NCBI GenBank assembly: GCA_902597795.1
Contig: CACJZA010000002.1
Coordinates: forward strand, 51,732-115,731
Length of the DNA stretch: 64,000 nt
Reading direction: 5' to 3'
Source: an uncultured Alphaproteobacteria bacterium
GTDB lineage: Bacteria; Pseudomonadota; Alphaproteobacteria; HIMB59; GCA-002718135
Made by a program: the position numbers and the translations under genes. Position 1 is the stretch's first letter. The number at the start of each line of letters is the position of its first letter. Below the pieces are notes generated by a model. The model worked only from the letters and a program-made list of their open reading frames with translations, did not search any database and was not told where the DNA came from. Below are positions 11,496-22,135 of the stretch, piece after piece.

Positions 11496-12533
11496 CTATA
11501 CTTTCCCAAAAGTGTCATTATACTGATTGTTTACCCTCACAAATGTTGTGCACTTGCTAAGTTGCTTTAATGATGAAGCTCCAACATAAGTGCAACTACT
11601 TCTAACTCCTCCTAAAATATCTCTAATTGTTCCGTCTAAAGATTTCTTCATTAATATTTTAACTTTTTTACCTTCAGATGATCTATAGTTTGCAAGACCA
11701 CCATAATGTTTCTCATTTGCTTCTTCAGAACTTGATCCATAAAACTCGATAAATTTACTTCCATTTTCTTCAATTATATCACCACCACCTTCCTTATGGC
11801 CTGCTAACATTCCGCCAAGCATAACAAAGTCTGCACCAGCACCAAATCCTTTTGCAACATCACCAGGACAAGTACATCCTCCATCAGCAATAATGTGCGC
11901 TCCTAATCCATGTGCTGCGTCAGCACATTCCATTACAGCGCTAAGTTGTGGATACCCAACTCCTGTTTGGATTCTAGTGGTACATACACTTCCAGGACCT
12001 ATACCAACTTTAACAATATCCGCCCCACTTAATACTAATTCCTGAGTCATATCTGCAGTAACAACATTACCTGCAATAATAGTTTTTTTTGGATACTTTT
12101 TTCTTACTTCTGAAACAAAATTACTAAAATTTTCTGAATAACCATTTGCAACATCAATACAGATAAAATTAAATTTTGGATATTTTTTTAGAATTGAATT
12201 TAACCTATTGTAACTGTCTTTACTTGTACCGCAACTAAGAGCAATTGAATCAAGGAAAATATTTTTTTTATAAATAGTTCCTATTTGATTAATGTTATGC
12301 TGTTTTGTTAAAGCAGTCATTAGTTTGTGAGAACTTAGTTTTTTTGCAACATCTATTTCACCAACACCATCCATATTAGATGCTATTATTGGAATTCCTT
12401 TCCATGATGATCTTGAGTGTTTAAAAGTATATTTTCTATTCAAATCAACATCTTTCCTACTTTTTAAAGTACTTCTCTTTGGTCTAAAAAGGACGTCTGA
12501 GTAGTCAAGTTTAATTTCTTCTTCGATTCTCAT
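11496..12533 (-). CDS. guaC: GMP reductase
   Basis: Near-colinear with E. coli GuaC as I remember it: [72 protein letters not shown]. Confidence 0.93.
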   Translation of the reverse strand: MRIEEEIKLDYSDVLFRPKRSTLKSRKDVDLNRKYTFKHSRSSWKGIPIIASNMDGVGEIDVAKKLSSHKLMTALTKQHNINQIGTIYKKNIFLDSIALSCGTSKDSYNRLNSILKKYPKFNFICIDVANGYSENFSNFVSEVRKKYPKKTIIAGNVVTADMTQELVLSGADIVKVGIGPGSVCTTRIQTGVGYPQLSAVMECADAAHGLGAHIIADGGCTCPGDVAKGFGAGADFVMLGGMLAGHKEGGGDIIEENGSKFIEFYGSSSEEANEKHYGGLANYRSSEGKKVKILMKKSLDGTIRDILGGVRSSCTYVGASSLKQLSKCTTFVRVNNQYNDTFGKV

Positions 12534-12595
12534 AAATACATTCGCATATTTGTATTAAATAATTTAGAAATTAAAACAAATATAAATTGTTATCT

Positions 12596-13477
12596 ATGAA
12601 CTTAAATACGTTAATAAATGCTAATAAAAGAAAGTTTGATATTAAATTTAAAAAACTTTTAAAAAATAAGCTAGACAAATCAAGTTTATCAAATGCAATC
12701 TTTTATGGCTCTATGAATGGAGGAAAAAGAATAAGGCCATTTTTAGTAATTGAGTCAGCAAAAATAGCAAAAATTTCATCAAATGATGCCTTTATCATAG
12801 CCTCATGTATTGAATGTATACATTCGTACTCCTTAATTCACGATGATTTACCATCAATGGATGATGATGATTACAGAAGAGGTAAATTAAGTACTCATAA
12901 AAAATTTAATGAGGCTACTGCAATTTTAGCAGGAGATGCTCTACATGATTTAGCATTTGAATTGATTTCAGGAAATTTTAAAAATAAAAATGTTATTTCT
13001 AGATTAAATTTAATAAATTATCTTTCTTTGTGTATTGGACATAAAGGATTAGCTCTTGGTCAAGCTTTAGATTTAGAATATGAAAATAAAAAACTAACTA
13101 AAAATAAAATTTTAGATATGTATTCTAGGAAAACTGGCAAGTTATTTGAATTTTCTTTTTCTGCACCTTTTATCTTAAAAGATAAAAGTAAAATAGATAT
13201 TCAATTTGCAAAAGATTATGGAATGTTATTTGGTTTGATATTTCAAATTATAGATGACTTAATCGATGAAATTGGAACTTTTAAGCAAATTGGAAAAACA
13301 CCAGGTAAAGATGTTGATCAGGGTAAAAGTACCTTACTAAAATTAATTGGTGAAAAACAAGTTACTGATTTATGTAATAATAAAGTTAATACTTTTATAA
13401 AAAAATATAAAAATAAAATAGATCAAAACCCTATACTAATAAAAATGTTAGAATTTGGAATGAGTAGACTAAATTAA
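12596..13477 (+). CDS. ispA: Polyprenyl (farnesyl/geranylgeranyl) diphosphate synthase
   Basis: First DDxxD in LIHDDLPSMDDDDYRRG and second in IIDDLID. ATG at 12596 preferred over the track TTG at 12587. Confidence 0.85.
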   Translation: MNLNTLINANKRKFDIKFKKLLKNKLDKSSLSNAIFYGSMNGGKRIRPFLVIESAKIAKISSNDAFIIASCIECIHSYSLIHDDLPSMDDDDYRRGKLSTHKKFNEATAILAGDALHDLAFELISGNFKNKNVISRLNLINYLSLCIGHKGLALGQALDLEYENKKLTKNKILDMYSRKTGKLFEFSFSAPFILKDKSKIDIQFAKDYGMLFGLIFQIIDDLIDEIGTFKQIGKTPGKDVDQGKSTLLKLIGEKQVTDLCNNKVNTFIKKYKNKIDQNPILIKMLEFGMSRLN

Positions 13478-13884
13478 AAATGTACAATTTTTTTTGCTAA
13501 GTATAATCCAGATGTAGCTGATATAGCTGTCAATGAACCACCCCAAAACATATCTACAAAAGTAACAGTTGGTGACCATCCTTTGAGTACTGCCATGTTA
13601 GTTAAATTATATGTGCCATATGCAACCAAACCAAATATGAAGCCGGTGTACAATGTTTTCATTAAATTACCAGAATCAACACAAGGTTGAATTACAACCA
13701 AAGCTATACCAAAGACATATAGTATGTAAAAAAGAGCAGCAGCCCACATAACAGGCTTATCGTTTAATAAATTACCAATTAGCGGTCTATAAAAAGACTT
13801 TGTAGCAAAACTCAACCAAATAACATCTATTACAAGAAAAATTAGTGAGGCAATTAATGTAGCTACTATTAAGCATTTAATCAT
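13474..13884 (-). CDS. DUF2177-like small integral membrane protein
   Basis: 136 aa with four hydrophobic segments. The N-terminus LVIDVIWLSFATKSFYRPLIG resembles DUF2177 from memory. Shares TTAA stops with ispA. Confidence 0.5.
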   Translation of the reverse strand: MIKCLIVATLIASLIFLVIDVIWLSFATKSFYRPLIGNLLNDKPVMWAAALFYILYVFGIALVVIQPCVDSGNLMKTLYTGFIFGLVAYGTYNLTNMAVLKGWSPTVTFVDMFWGGSLTAISATSGLYLAKKIVHF

Positions 13885-13940
13885 ATGAATATAGATATAT
13901 CATATTATTAAATATCAAGATCATTATTAATTATTTTTTT

Positions 13941-15470
13941 TTAATTATTTACAGGCTCAATTAATTTATCACCAATTATATTAGGCCAATCATAACCATA
14001 CCTATCAACATATTTATTATATTTATTGAAGTTATTAATAAAAAAGAAGATTAAAGCGAAAAATAAAAGATATTTAATACTTTTTTTGCAAAAATTTCTG
14101 TTTAGATCAAATATAACAAACCAGAGAGGAGAAACTATAATTAAAAGTAAGTTTAAGTTATAAAAAACTCCGAATCTATAAGCAGGAGATTTAAAAAACC
14201 AAATGATGTTCATAAGGACAATGATTATAAAAAAAATAAAATATGTTGAACGGATATTTATTTTTTTAACTAATTTATGTAAAATTATTGTTTTATTTTT
14301 AAAATTTTTAAAATAAAAAATTAAAAATGGAAGTAAAATTATAACAAAATATATTCCATAAACTTCTAGTATTTTTATAGAGTGTGTTTCAAACCATTTT
14401 GTAATCCATAATAATCCATCTATATTGTGCTTACCTGTAATATCTCCTTTTGCAAACTTTTCTATAAACATCATTTCATTAATTGCTTGTTGAGTGTTAG
14501 AAAAACAAAGTTGATAAATTGGCCAAATAATACAATCACTAATTATATAATTATGTGTCATCCAAAAAAATATTGGTAAAGTTGAAAGTGTGTAAAATAA
14601 AACCTTATTTATATTTAATTTTTTAATATTTAGAAAAATTAAAAATACAACAATTAGTATTAAAGCATTTGAAATTTTTATAGATATTGAAAAAAAAGAT
14701 AATAGAAGAATTATTAAAAATATATTTTTCTTATCCTCAAATTTTTTAAATAAAGTAAAATCCAAAAATAAAAAAATTATATAAAATAATATTAGTTGAC
14801 CTGTAAAATCGGTTCCATATTCTTTAATTTCATTGAGAACACCGACTAAAAAAATCAATACTAATGCAGTATAAATAAGTATTAACGAGTTAGTGTCGTT
14901 AAAATTTTTTTTATAACGTTTATTTAAATCATATAATGTGCCTGAGTATAAAATTGAAGATATAATAAAAATAGAAGCTGGAAAAAAAGTTAAAAAATAA
15001 GTTGAATTTATTAATAACCAATGGGAGTTATAACTAATTCTTCTTTCATGCAAAATATCAAAAACTAAATTTTTTTTAAAATTAATAATTGTTTGAAAGT
15101 GATAATTAAAATCATCATTAGGAATAGTATAAAAGGACACAAAAACCGCGATTAGTGATACAATCAAAATGTGCTTTATTTCTTTGGATTTTTTCTTTAA
15201 ATAAAAAAAATTAATACAATAAAAAAATAATCCAATTAGTATTATGATTGATGAAATCATATCATCCAAACCAGTGAAGAAATTTAATATTAATGATATA
15301 AATCCTACTATGATTAATCCAGTTATGAAATTTAAGTTTTTATAAGTTTCAAATACATTGTAATCTGTTTTAATAAAAAATGAAAAAAGTTTTCCATATC
15401 CGATAATACTAACAAAGAAAAAGCTTGTTAGAATAGTATATATAACAAAGTATAATACAAGATTATCCAT
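13941..15470 (-). CDS. Polytopic membrane protein, possible GT-C-type glycosyltransferase or O-antigen polymerase/ligase-like protein
   Basis: 509 aa, F/I/L/N/K-rich, with more than 10 hydrophobic segments. An acidic NDD motif (TIPNDDFNYH) sits in an early loop. Divergent from the UXS-GT2 pair. The function is inference only. Confidence 0.55.
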   Translation of the reverse strand: MDNLVLYFVIYTILTSFFFVSIIGYGKLFSFFIKTDYNVFETYKNLNFITGLIIVGFISLILNFFTGLDDMISSIIILIGLFFYCINFFYLKKKSKEIKHILIVSLIAVFVSFYTIPNDDFNYHFQTIINFKKNLVFDILHERRISYNSHWLLINSTYFLTFFPASIFIISSILYSGTLYDLNKRYKKNFNDTNSLILIYTALVLIFLVGVLNEIKEYGTDFTGQLILFYIIFLFLDFTLFKKFEDKKNIFLIILLLSFFSISIKISNALILIVVFLIFLNIKKLNINKVLFYTLSTLPIFFWMTHNYIISDCIIWPIYQLCFSNTQQAINEMMFIEKFAKGDITGKHNIDGLLWITKWFETHSIKILEVYGIYFVIILLPFLIFYFKNFKNKTIILHKLVKKINIRSTYFIFFIIIVLMNIIWFFKSPAYRFGVFYNLNLLLIIVSPLWFVIFDLNRNFCKKSIKYLLFFALIFFFINNFNKYNKYVDRYGYDWPNIIGDKLIEPVNN

Positions 15471-15574
15471 AATTTTATTTCTAATATAGTTTAATTAAAT
15501 AACATTTGATAATTATATTTTAAATCCATAATATGTTATGAATTTAAATTACAATTAAATAACTTAAAATAGAA

Positions 15575-16504
15575 ATGAAAAAAATATTAATAGCTGGTGG
15601 AGCAGGTTTTATAGGGCACCATTTATGCAAAAAACTACTTAAAAAAAAATGCTTAATTATATGCGTAGATAATCTTTCTACTGGATCTGTTAAAAATATA
15701 AATGAATTTAAGACAAACAAAAACTTTAAATTTATTAAAAAAGATATAACATCTAATATTAACATAAGTTGTGATGAAATTTATAATTTGGCTTGTCCGG
15801 CTTCCCCCAAACAATATCAAATTAACCCCATAAATACACTTAAAACTAATGTTATGGGCTCGTATAATCTCTTGGAACTTGCAAAAAAAAATAATGCAAA
15901 AATATTTCAAGCTTCAACAAGTGAGATCTATGGAGATCCTATTAATCATCCACAAAAAGAAAACTATTGGGGTAATGTAAATCCTATTGGAAAAAGATCA
16001 TGTTATGATGAAGGCAAAAGATCAGCAGAAACTCTTTTTTTTGATTTTCATAGAACATATAAGTTACAAATTAAAGTTGCTAGAATTTTTAATACCTTTG
16101 GACCAAATATGGATACAAATGATGGAAGAGTAGTGAGTAACATTATTAATAGCTGTCTAAATAATAAAAATATTCACATTTATGGAAGTGGAAAACAAAC
16201 AAGATGTTTTTGCTTTGTAGATGATACTGTGGAAGCTATAATAAAATTTATGGAAACTGATAAAAACATTTTAGGGCCAATTAATATTGGAAGTAATAAT
16301 GAAATATCTATCTTAAAACTTACAAAAATAATTTTAAAACTAACTCAATCAAAGAGTAAGATCAAATTTATGAAAAGACCTTCTGATGACCCAGTGAGAA
16401 GAAAACCTAATTTATCAAAAGCTAAAAAAATTTTAAATTGGAAACCAAAAACTTCTTTAGAGGAAGGATTATCCAAAACAATTAAATATTTTAATAATTT
16501 GTGA
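15575..16504 (+). CDS. UDP-glucuronate decarboxylase (UDP-xylose synthase, extended SDR)
   Basis: GGAGFIGHHLC Rossmann motif. NLACPASPKQYQ.NPI.TLKTN, STSEIYGDP..HPQKE.YWGNVNPIG.RSCYDEGKR.AE and ARIFNTFGP.M...DGRVVSN closely follow the UXS1 pattern. Confidence 0.88.
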   Translation: MKKILIAGGAGFIGHHLCKKLLKKKCLIICVDNLSTGSVKNINEFKTNKNFKFIKKDITSNINISCDEIYNLACPASPKQYQINPINTLKTNVMGSYNLLELAKKNNAKIFQASTSEIYGDPINHPQKENYWGNVNPIGKRSCYDEGKRSAETLFFDFHRTYKLQIKVARIFNTFGPNMDTNDGRVVSNIINSCLNNKNIHIYGSGKQTRCFCFVDDTVEAIIKFMETDKNILGPINIGSNNEISILKLTKIILKLTQSKSKIKFMKRPSDDPVRRKPNLSKAKKILNWKPKTSLEEGLSKTIKYFNNL

Positions 16505-17196
16505 AATTATCAATTATTATCCCATGTTTTAATGAAGAAAACACTATAGAGTTAATAATCAAAAAAGTTATAAATAATTCATATAATAATAAGGAAATAA
16601 TAATTATCGATGATTACTCATCTGACAAATCTAGAATTTTAATAGAAAAAATAAAAAAAAAATATTTAAATATAAAAACTAAATATCATGATATTAATTT
16701 AGGTAAGGGAGCGTGTATTAGATCTGGGTTAAGTATAGTTGAGGGTCAAATTGTTTTAATACAAGATTCTGATCTAGAATATAATCCAAATGAACACATA
16801 AAATTAATTGAACCAATTTTAAATAATAAAGCTGATGTAGTTTATGGTTCAAGATTTAGAGATAAAAATTCAGTAGCTAAGATGTTTTTTATGCAAAAGA
16901 TTGGAAATATATTTCTTACAAAGTTTTGTAATCTTTTTACAAAACTAAACTTAACTGATATGGAAACATGCTTTAAAGCTTTTAAAACAGATTTAATTAA
17001 AGATATTGTTTTAAAAGAAAATAGGTTTGGTATAGAACCAGAGATTACAATTAAATTATCAAAAAAGAAGTGTAAATTTTTTGAAATACCAATCAGTTAT
17101 AATAATAGAGAATACAATGAAGGAAAAAAAATTAATTGGAAAGATGGAGTTAGCGCTATTTTTTGTATAATAAAATATAGTTTATTTGATAAATAA
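16501..17196 (+). CDS. Family 2 glycosyltransferase, DPM1/ArnC-like (polyprenyl-phosphate sugar transferase type)
   Basis: LSIIIPCFNEE, IIIIDDYSSDKS, QDSDLEYNP and VVYGSRF motifs. GTG start in a GTGA overlap with the UXS stop. 231 aa with no C-terminal TM segments. Confidence 0.78.
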   Translation: MKLSIIIPCFNEENTIELIIKKVINNSYNNKEIIIIDDYSSDKSRILIEKIKKKYLNIKTKYHDINLGKGACIRSGLSIVEGQIVLIQDSDLEYNPNEHIKLIEPILNNKADVVYGSRFRDKNSVAKMFFMQKIGNIFLTKFCNLFTKLNLTDMETCFKAFKTDLIKDIVLKENRFGIEPEITIKLSKKKCKFFEIPISYNNREYNEGKKINWKDGVSAIFCIIKYSLFDK

Positions 17197-17206
17197 AATA
17201 TTTAAC

Positions 17207-17281
17207 TGGTGGGTGTGACAGGGATTGAACCTGTGACCCCTGCCGTGTCGAGGCAGTGCTCTACCGCTGAGCTACACACCC
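17207..17281 (-). tRNA. tRNA-Val (anticodon GAC), CCA encoded
   Basis: The reverse complement GGGTGTGTAGCTCAGCGGTAGAGCACTGCCTCGACACGGCAGGGGTCACAGGTTCAATCCCTGTCACACCCACCA folds by hand into a cloverleaf. It has a 7-bp acceptor stem, GCTC/GAGC D stem, CTGCC/GGCAG anticodon stem with loop TCGACAC, and ACAGG/CCTGT T stem with TTCAATC. Confidence 0.9.
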
Positions 17282-17491
17282 AAATATTTTGTAGTGTTAA
17301 GATATAATATAGTAAATTTTAGAGCTAAAACAATATTAGGTATTTATGTAATATTTTTTTAATTTTACTTATTTTAACCTTTTTTAGTCAATAATTACGT
17401 AAATAAATTATAAATATATTGATCAATTTTTTATTAAATAATAATCAAAGCTAAGAATTTTATATTTTATCAAGGAGTGATTTAAATACAA

Positions 17492-17992
17492 ATGAAAGTA
17501 AAAACAAATAATTTTACAGAAAAAGATATTTCCAAAGCTCTAAAAATTTATAATTATTTTATTGAAAATTCATTATCTAATTTTGAAGAAAAAAAATTAT
17601 CCAAATCTTCATTTAATTTATTATTGACAAAAATTAAAAAAAATAAACTTCCATTTATTTTAGCAGTTAAAAATGAAAAAGTTATAGGATTAGCTTTTAT
17701 AAATAAATTTAGAGAAAAAAGCGGGTATAGATTTTCATATGAACATTCAATTTATGTAGATCCAAAATTCATCAATATGGGTTATGGTAACAAAATACTA
17801 AGAGAACTTGTAAAAATTTCTAAAAAAATAAAAAAGATTAAAAATTTAATAGCAGTAATTGGTGGAAAAGATAATTTAGCCTCAGTTAAAATACATAAGA
17901 AAAATGGATTTCAATATATTGGAACTATTAAGAAGGCTGGATTTAAAAAAAATAAGTGGATTGACTCAATTTACATGCAAAAAAGATTATGA
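17492..17992 (+). CDS. GNAT N-acetyltransferase (phosphinothricin/MnaT-like family)
   Basis: 166 aa; IYNYFIENSLSNFEE, PFILAV.NEKVIGLAF...FREKSGYRFSYEHSIYVDP...GYG and KIHKKNGFQYIGT...GFKKNKWIDS follow the PAT-family pattern. Confidence 0.78.
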   Translation: MKVKTNNFTEKDISKALKIYNYFIENSLSNFEEKKLSKSSFNLLLTKIKKNKLPFILAVKNEKVIGLAFINKFREKSGYRFSYEHSIYVDPKFINMGYGNKILRELVKISKKIKKIKNLIAVIGGKDNLASVKIHKKNGFQYIGTIKKAGFKKNKWIDSIYMQKRL

Positions 17993-18453
17993 AAAAAGTA
18001 AATATAAGGAATTTTAAAAAAACACTTAGTAAGTTCACTACAGGAATTACTGTTGTATGTGTCAAAAATAATAATAAAATATATGGAAAAACTGTAAATT
18101 CATTTAACTCTTTATCTCTTAACCCTCCTATGGTTTTGTTTTCTTTAGGTAATTACTCATCTTCGATAAATCAGTTTTCAAAAACTAAATTTTTGTCAAT
18201 AAATATTTTATCTAGTAAACAAAAAAAACTATCAGATAATTTTGCTTCAACTGCCCCAAATTTAGATGATATAAAATTTATTGAAGGAAAAAATAAAACA
18301 GTAGTTATACCTAATTGCATAGCAAATCTTGAATGTGAGCTAATGAATAAAATCAAAAGAGGTGATCACATAATATTCATATGTAAGATATTAGAATTAC
18401 AATCTAATGATAAATTGAAACCACTTGTATATTTTAATTCAAAATATTTCTAG
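17989..18453 (+). CDS. Flavin reductase-like domain protein
   Basis: FKKTLSKFTTGITVVCV...GKTVNSFNSLSLNPPMVLFSL is the flavin reductase (HpaC/RutF-like) N-terminal pattern. ATGA overlap with the GNAT gene. Confidence 0.72.
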   Translation: MKKVNIRNFKKTLSKFTTGITVVCVKNNNKIYGKTVNSFNSLSLNPPMVLFSLGNYSSSINQFSKTKFLSINILSSKQKKLSDNFASTAPNLDDIKFIEGKNKTVVIPNCIANLECELMNKIKRGDHIIFICKILELQSNDKLKPLVYFNSKYF

Positions 18454-19746
18454 GTGTTTAGAGTTTTAAGATATCTAATTTTAATTTCTTTAATATCATC
18501 AGGATATTATTTATTTATTTCTGAATACTTAAATATATCAGAGAAATATATTTTCGAGGAAGAAATTATAAAAAAAGAAATAGTAGAAGATAAAAAAGAA
18601 ATTATTAAAGAAAAAAAAGCAGAAGAAGTAGCAACACCTAATATAAAAAATATTGATAAAGAGCAATTTGTTGAGAAAAAAATTGAAATTTTACAAGGTG
18701 ATACTTTTGTCTCTATTTTGGAAAATCTAAACTTTAAGCAGAAAAAAATTTATGAAATCATTAGTAAGATTGAAGAATCTTATGATTTAAAGAAAATTAA
18801 AACTGGAGAAATTATAAGTGTCTTTGAAAATAATTTTGCTGAAATAAAAAAAATTGAATTTTTTAAAAACAATGAGACTATTATCTCTGTTAATTTAGAT
18901 AAAGAAATAAATCTAAATATAATAGAATTAACGAAGAATTCATTTATTGAATCTAAAGAGTATTCAATTTCGGAATCATTATTTTCAGACGGTATTAAAA
19001 ATGACGTATCCTCAGATATTTTAGTTAAAATTATACGCCTTTTTAGTTTTGATCTTGATTTTCAAAGAGATATTAGAGTCGATACAGTTGTTTCAATATC
19101 CTATGAATTTGATGAAATAGTTGAAACAGGTACACTAGAATATAACGATATTAAATATGCTTCGATAATAATTGATGGAAAACAGTTAGAATATTTTAAG
19201 TTTATTACAGATGATGGTTATGTTGATTATTTTAACAGAGAGGGAAAAAATGTTAAAAAATCAATTTTAAAGACACCATTAGATGGCGCAAGAATTTCAT
19301 CAAATTTTGGTATGCGAAAACATCCTATTTCAGGTTTCAATAAAATGCATAAAGGTGTTGATTTTGCTGCACCTGCAGGAACACCAATTTATGCTGGAGG
19401 GAATGGAATTGTTGAATATGTTGGAAGAAATGGAGGATATGGGAAATATATTCGTATAAGGCATAATAATGGATATAAAACGGCGTATGCACATCTGTCA
19501 AATTATAAGAAAGGTATTTCTAAAGGGGTAAGAGTAAACCAAGGTGAAGTTATAGGCTATGTAGGTAGTACAGGAAATTCTACAGGACCTCATCTTCATT
19601 ATGAAATTATTTATCAAAATAAACATATAAACCCGTTAAAACTAAAACTTCCTTCGGGAAAAATACTTAAGGGTAAAGAATTAGAAAAATTTAAAGAAGA
19701 ATATAAAATAATATATGCTGATCATTTGAGCATGTTATACGAATAA
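18454..19746 (+). CDS. M23 family metallopeptidase with N-terminal membrane anchor
   Basis: HKGVDFAAPAGTPIYAGGNG...GYGKYIRIRHNNGYKTAYAHLS...GSTGNSTGPHLHYEI. GTG start immediately after the upstream TAG. Confidence 0.85.
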   Translation: MFRVLRYLILISLISSGYYLFISEYLNISEKYIFEEEIIKKEIVEDKKEIIKEKKAEEVATPNIKNIDKEQFVEKKIEILQGDTFVSILENLNFKQKKIYEIISKIEESYDLKKIKTGEIISVFENNFAEIKKIEFFKNNETIISVNLDKEINLNIIELTKNSFIESKEYSISESLFSDGIKNDVSSDILVKIIRLFSFDLDFQRDIRVDTVVSISYEFDEIVETGTLEYNDIKYASIIIDGKQLEYFKFITDDGYVDYFNREGKNVKKSILKTPLDGARISSNFGMRKHPISGFNKMHKGVDFAAPAGTPIYAGGNGIVEYVGRNGGYGKYIRIRHNNGYKTAYAHLSNYKKGISKGVRVNQGEVIGYVGSTGNSTGPHLHYEIIYQNKHINPLKLKLPSGKILKGKELEKFKEEYKIIYADHLSMLYE

Positions 19747-20160
19747 CTACTTTGTTGATCTTGTTCTTTTTTCTTTAGATGGTTCAGCTATAAATGGAAT
19801 AGATTCGATTGAATCATCTTCTACTTTATCATTATCATTTACTTCGATAGTTTCATTACCAGTATCTGAGGTTTGTTCATTTGAAGTACTTTGTTTTTGG
19901 TCATCAAAATTTGAGTTTTCTTCAATATTAATACCTAGCTCAACCATTATTCTGTAGTAATGATCAGTAAATTGATAATAGTATTCAGATTGAATTCTAT
20001 CACCTGATCTTGATGCTTCTTTAGCTAGTTTTAAGTACTTGTTATATTGCTGGGATACATTTCCTCTATTTCTATTATTGAAATTTTTATATCCACCAGG
20101 TTTCTTAAAACTGGTTCTTCTATTACTCTTATAAGCGGTTCTACCGTTCTTTTTATACAT
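19747..20160 (-). CDS. DUF4167-like basic/acidic protein
   Basis: 137 aa with an Arg/Asn-rich N-terminus, then QQYNKYLKLAKEASRSGDRIQSEYYYQFTDHYYRIM and an acidic tail. Located upstream of prmC-prfA, as I recall for alphaproteobacterial DUF4167. Confidence 0.6.
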   Translation of the reverse strand: MYKKNGRTAYKSNRRTSFKKPGGYKNFNNRNRGNVSQQYNKYLKLAKEASRSGDRIQSEYYYQFTDHYYRIMVELGINIEENSNFDDQKQSTSNEQTSDTGNETIEVNDNDKVEDDSIESIPFIAEPSKEKRTRSTK

Positions 20161-20235
20161 TTTGTTTGGAAATTAAAAATTATAATAAATTATTAATACT
20201 TTATAATCTATACAGTTCATTTGATTTATTTCAAC

Positions 20236-21066
20236 TTATATCTTGGAAAAACTTAGAATTCTCTCAATTCCTTGAAGATCATTAACTATTTTATTCAAAT
20301 TTAATCCAGAATTTTCAAAAATTTCTTCACAATCTTGTCTCTGATTAATGCCAATTTCACATATAAAATAAGCACTTTTATTCATTAAATTTTTAATATT
20401 TTTTGAATATTCTCTGTAAAATTTCAACCCATCATCTCCTCCAACTAAAGCTATTTTAGGTTCAAAATTTTTAACTTCTGGATCAGCATTATTAAACTGT
20501 TCGTTTGTAAGGTATGGTGGATTAGATACGATTAAATCAAACTTAGAATTTATATTTTTATAATCTATCATCTTAAGTTGGATTTGATTATAACAACTAT
20601 GTATTTTTAAGTTTTTTTCAGCAACTTCTAATGCTTCTTTAGATATATCTATAGCTGTAATAGATGCATTTTTAAATTCCTTTGCTAGTGATACTGCGAT
20701 GCATCCTGATCCAGTACCAATATCTAATATTTTTAATTTAAGGTTTTTATTTCTATAAATATTTAATGCTTCCTCAATTATTAATTCTGTTTCAGGACGT
20801 GGGTCTAAAACAAAATTATTTACATAAAAATCATTTTTCCAAAAAGGCTTATTTTTTATAATTTTAGCTATTGGTTGTCTATTAATTCTTTTTTGTAAAT
20901 AAGATTTAAATTTAACAATATCAATATTGTCTACTTTAAGATTACTTAAAATAATTTCTTCATTTTTTTTTGAAGCATGTTTAAGTAAAATTCTTAGATC
21001 TAGTTCTGGACTAGTTATATTTTTTTGTTTTAATTTAATTAAACTCTCTTTAATTAAATTATTCAT
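20236..21066 (-). CDS. prmC: Release factor glutamine methyltransferase
   Basis: [16 protein letters not shown] motif and the VSNPPY catalytic motif. Overlaps prfA by 8 nt. Confidence 0.9.
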   Translation of the reverse strand: MNNLIKESLIKLKQKNITSPELDLRILLKHASKKNEEIILSNLKVDNIDIVKFKSYLQKRINRQPIAKIIKNKPFWKNDFYVNNFVLDPRPETELIIEEALNIYRNKNLKLKILDIGTGSGCIAVSLAKEFKNASITAIDISKEALEVAEKNLKIHSCYNQIQLKMIDYKNINSKFDLIVSNPPYLTNEQFNNADPEVKNFEPKIALVGGDDGLKFYREYSKNIKNLMNKSAYFICEIGINQRQDCEEIFENSGLNLNKIVNDLQGIERILSFSKI

Positions 21067-22135
21067 TTTTCATGTTTGCTAGCTTTGTACTCTCTTCTTC
21101 AGCAATTAAAGGATTTATCAACTCATCTATTTTACCCTCAAGTATTTCTGAAAGATTATATAATGTAAGATTTATTCTATGATCAGAAACTCTTCCTTGA
21201 GGAAAATTATAGGTTCTTATTCTTTCAGATCTATCTCCAGAACCTACTTGATTTTTTCTTTGCTCAGATCTTTCTTTGTTTTTTTCTTGTATTTGATTGT
21301 CTAGTAATCTGGATCGTAAAATCTTTAAAGCTTTTGCTTTATTTTTATGTTGAGATTTTTCATCTTGTTGAGAAACTACTATACCTGTTGGAATGTGTGT
21401 GATTCTTACGGCACTATCAGTTGTATTTACAGATTGTCCTCCTGGTCCACTTGATCTAAAAACATCAATTCTTAGATCTTTATCAAGAACTTCAATATCA
21501 ACCTCTTCAGCTTCAGGTAGAACTGCTACAGTAGCAGCTGAGGTATGTACTCTTCCACTACTTTCAGTTGTTGGAACTCTTTGCACTCTATGAACACCAG
21601 ACTCAAATTTAAGTTTTGAAAATACATTTAATCCTGAAATATTACAAATAGCCTCCTTTACTCCTTTTAAACCTGTTTCTGATATAGATAGAATATCAAA
21701 TTTCCATGAATTTAAATCGGCATATCTCTGATACATATTTAATAAATCAGAAGCAAAAAGTGATGCTTCATCACCTCCAGTACCAGCTCTAATTTCTAAA
21801 ATTGAATTTTTAGAGTCATTTTCATCTTTTGGAATTAGTAACTTTAATAATTCTTGTTCAAGATCTTTAATTTGAATTTTTTTTTCAATGAGTTCCGTTT
21901 CCGCTATTTTACTAATCTCTAAATCATTATCTTTTACTAACTCATCAAGATTTAATATATCTTTTTGTAAATTGTTGTATTCTTGGATTTTTTCTACAAT
22001 TGGGCGGAGCTCTGAATAATCCCTGTTTAATTTAATTAATTCATTTGAGTCAATATCATTCATATTGTTTAATGAATTTTCTATTAATTTAAATTTTTCT
22101 AAAATTATTGAAAATTGTTTATCTAGATTTATCAT
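21059..22135 (-). CDS. prfA: Peptide chain release factor 1
   Basis: [25 protein letters not shown] (GGQ motif), plus the PxT tripeptide region [19 protein letters not shown]. Confidence 0.95.
   Translation of the reverse strand: MINLDKQFSIILEKFKLIENSLNNMNDIDSNELIKLNRDYSELRPIVEKIQEYNNLQKDILNLDELVKDNDLEISKIAETELIEKKIQIKDLEQELLKLLIPKDENDSKNSILEIRAGTGGDEASLFASDLLNMYQRYADLNSWKFDILSISETGLKGVKEAICNISGLNVFSKLKFESGVHRVQRVPTTESSGRVHTSAATVAVLPEAEEVDIEVLDKDLRIDVFRSSGPGGQSVNTTDSAVRITHIPTGIVVSQQDEKSQHKNKAKALKILRSRLLDNQIQEKNKERSEQRKNQVGSGDRSERIRTYNFPQGRVSDHRINLTLYNLSEILEGKIDELINPLIAEEESTKLANMKNE

Noticed and set aside
15544-15910. ORFs 15544-15765(-) and 15653-15910(-)
   Set aside because: They are antisense to the 5' part of the UXS gene, whose translation is an excellent family match. 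No independent support.
17395-17427. Perfect palindromes TTACGTAA (17395-17402) and ATTGATCAAT (17418-17427) in the spacer as operator candidates
   Set aside because: At about 70% A+T, palindromes of 8-10 bp are expected many times by chance in 64 kb. No second copy or flanking conservation is visible.
17196-17491. tRNA-Val plus the largest spacer in the window (210 bp) as a possible genomic-island integration site
   Set aside because: There is no integrase, excisionase or transposase anywhere nearby. I could not find a direct repeat of the tRNA 3' end. The spacer is most simply the divergent promoter region for the tRNA and the GNAT gene. The AT-rich glycosylation cluster on the 3' side remains noted as a finding, but not as a demonstrable island.
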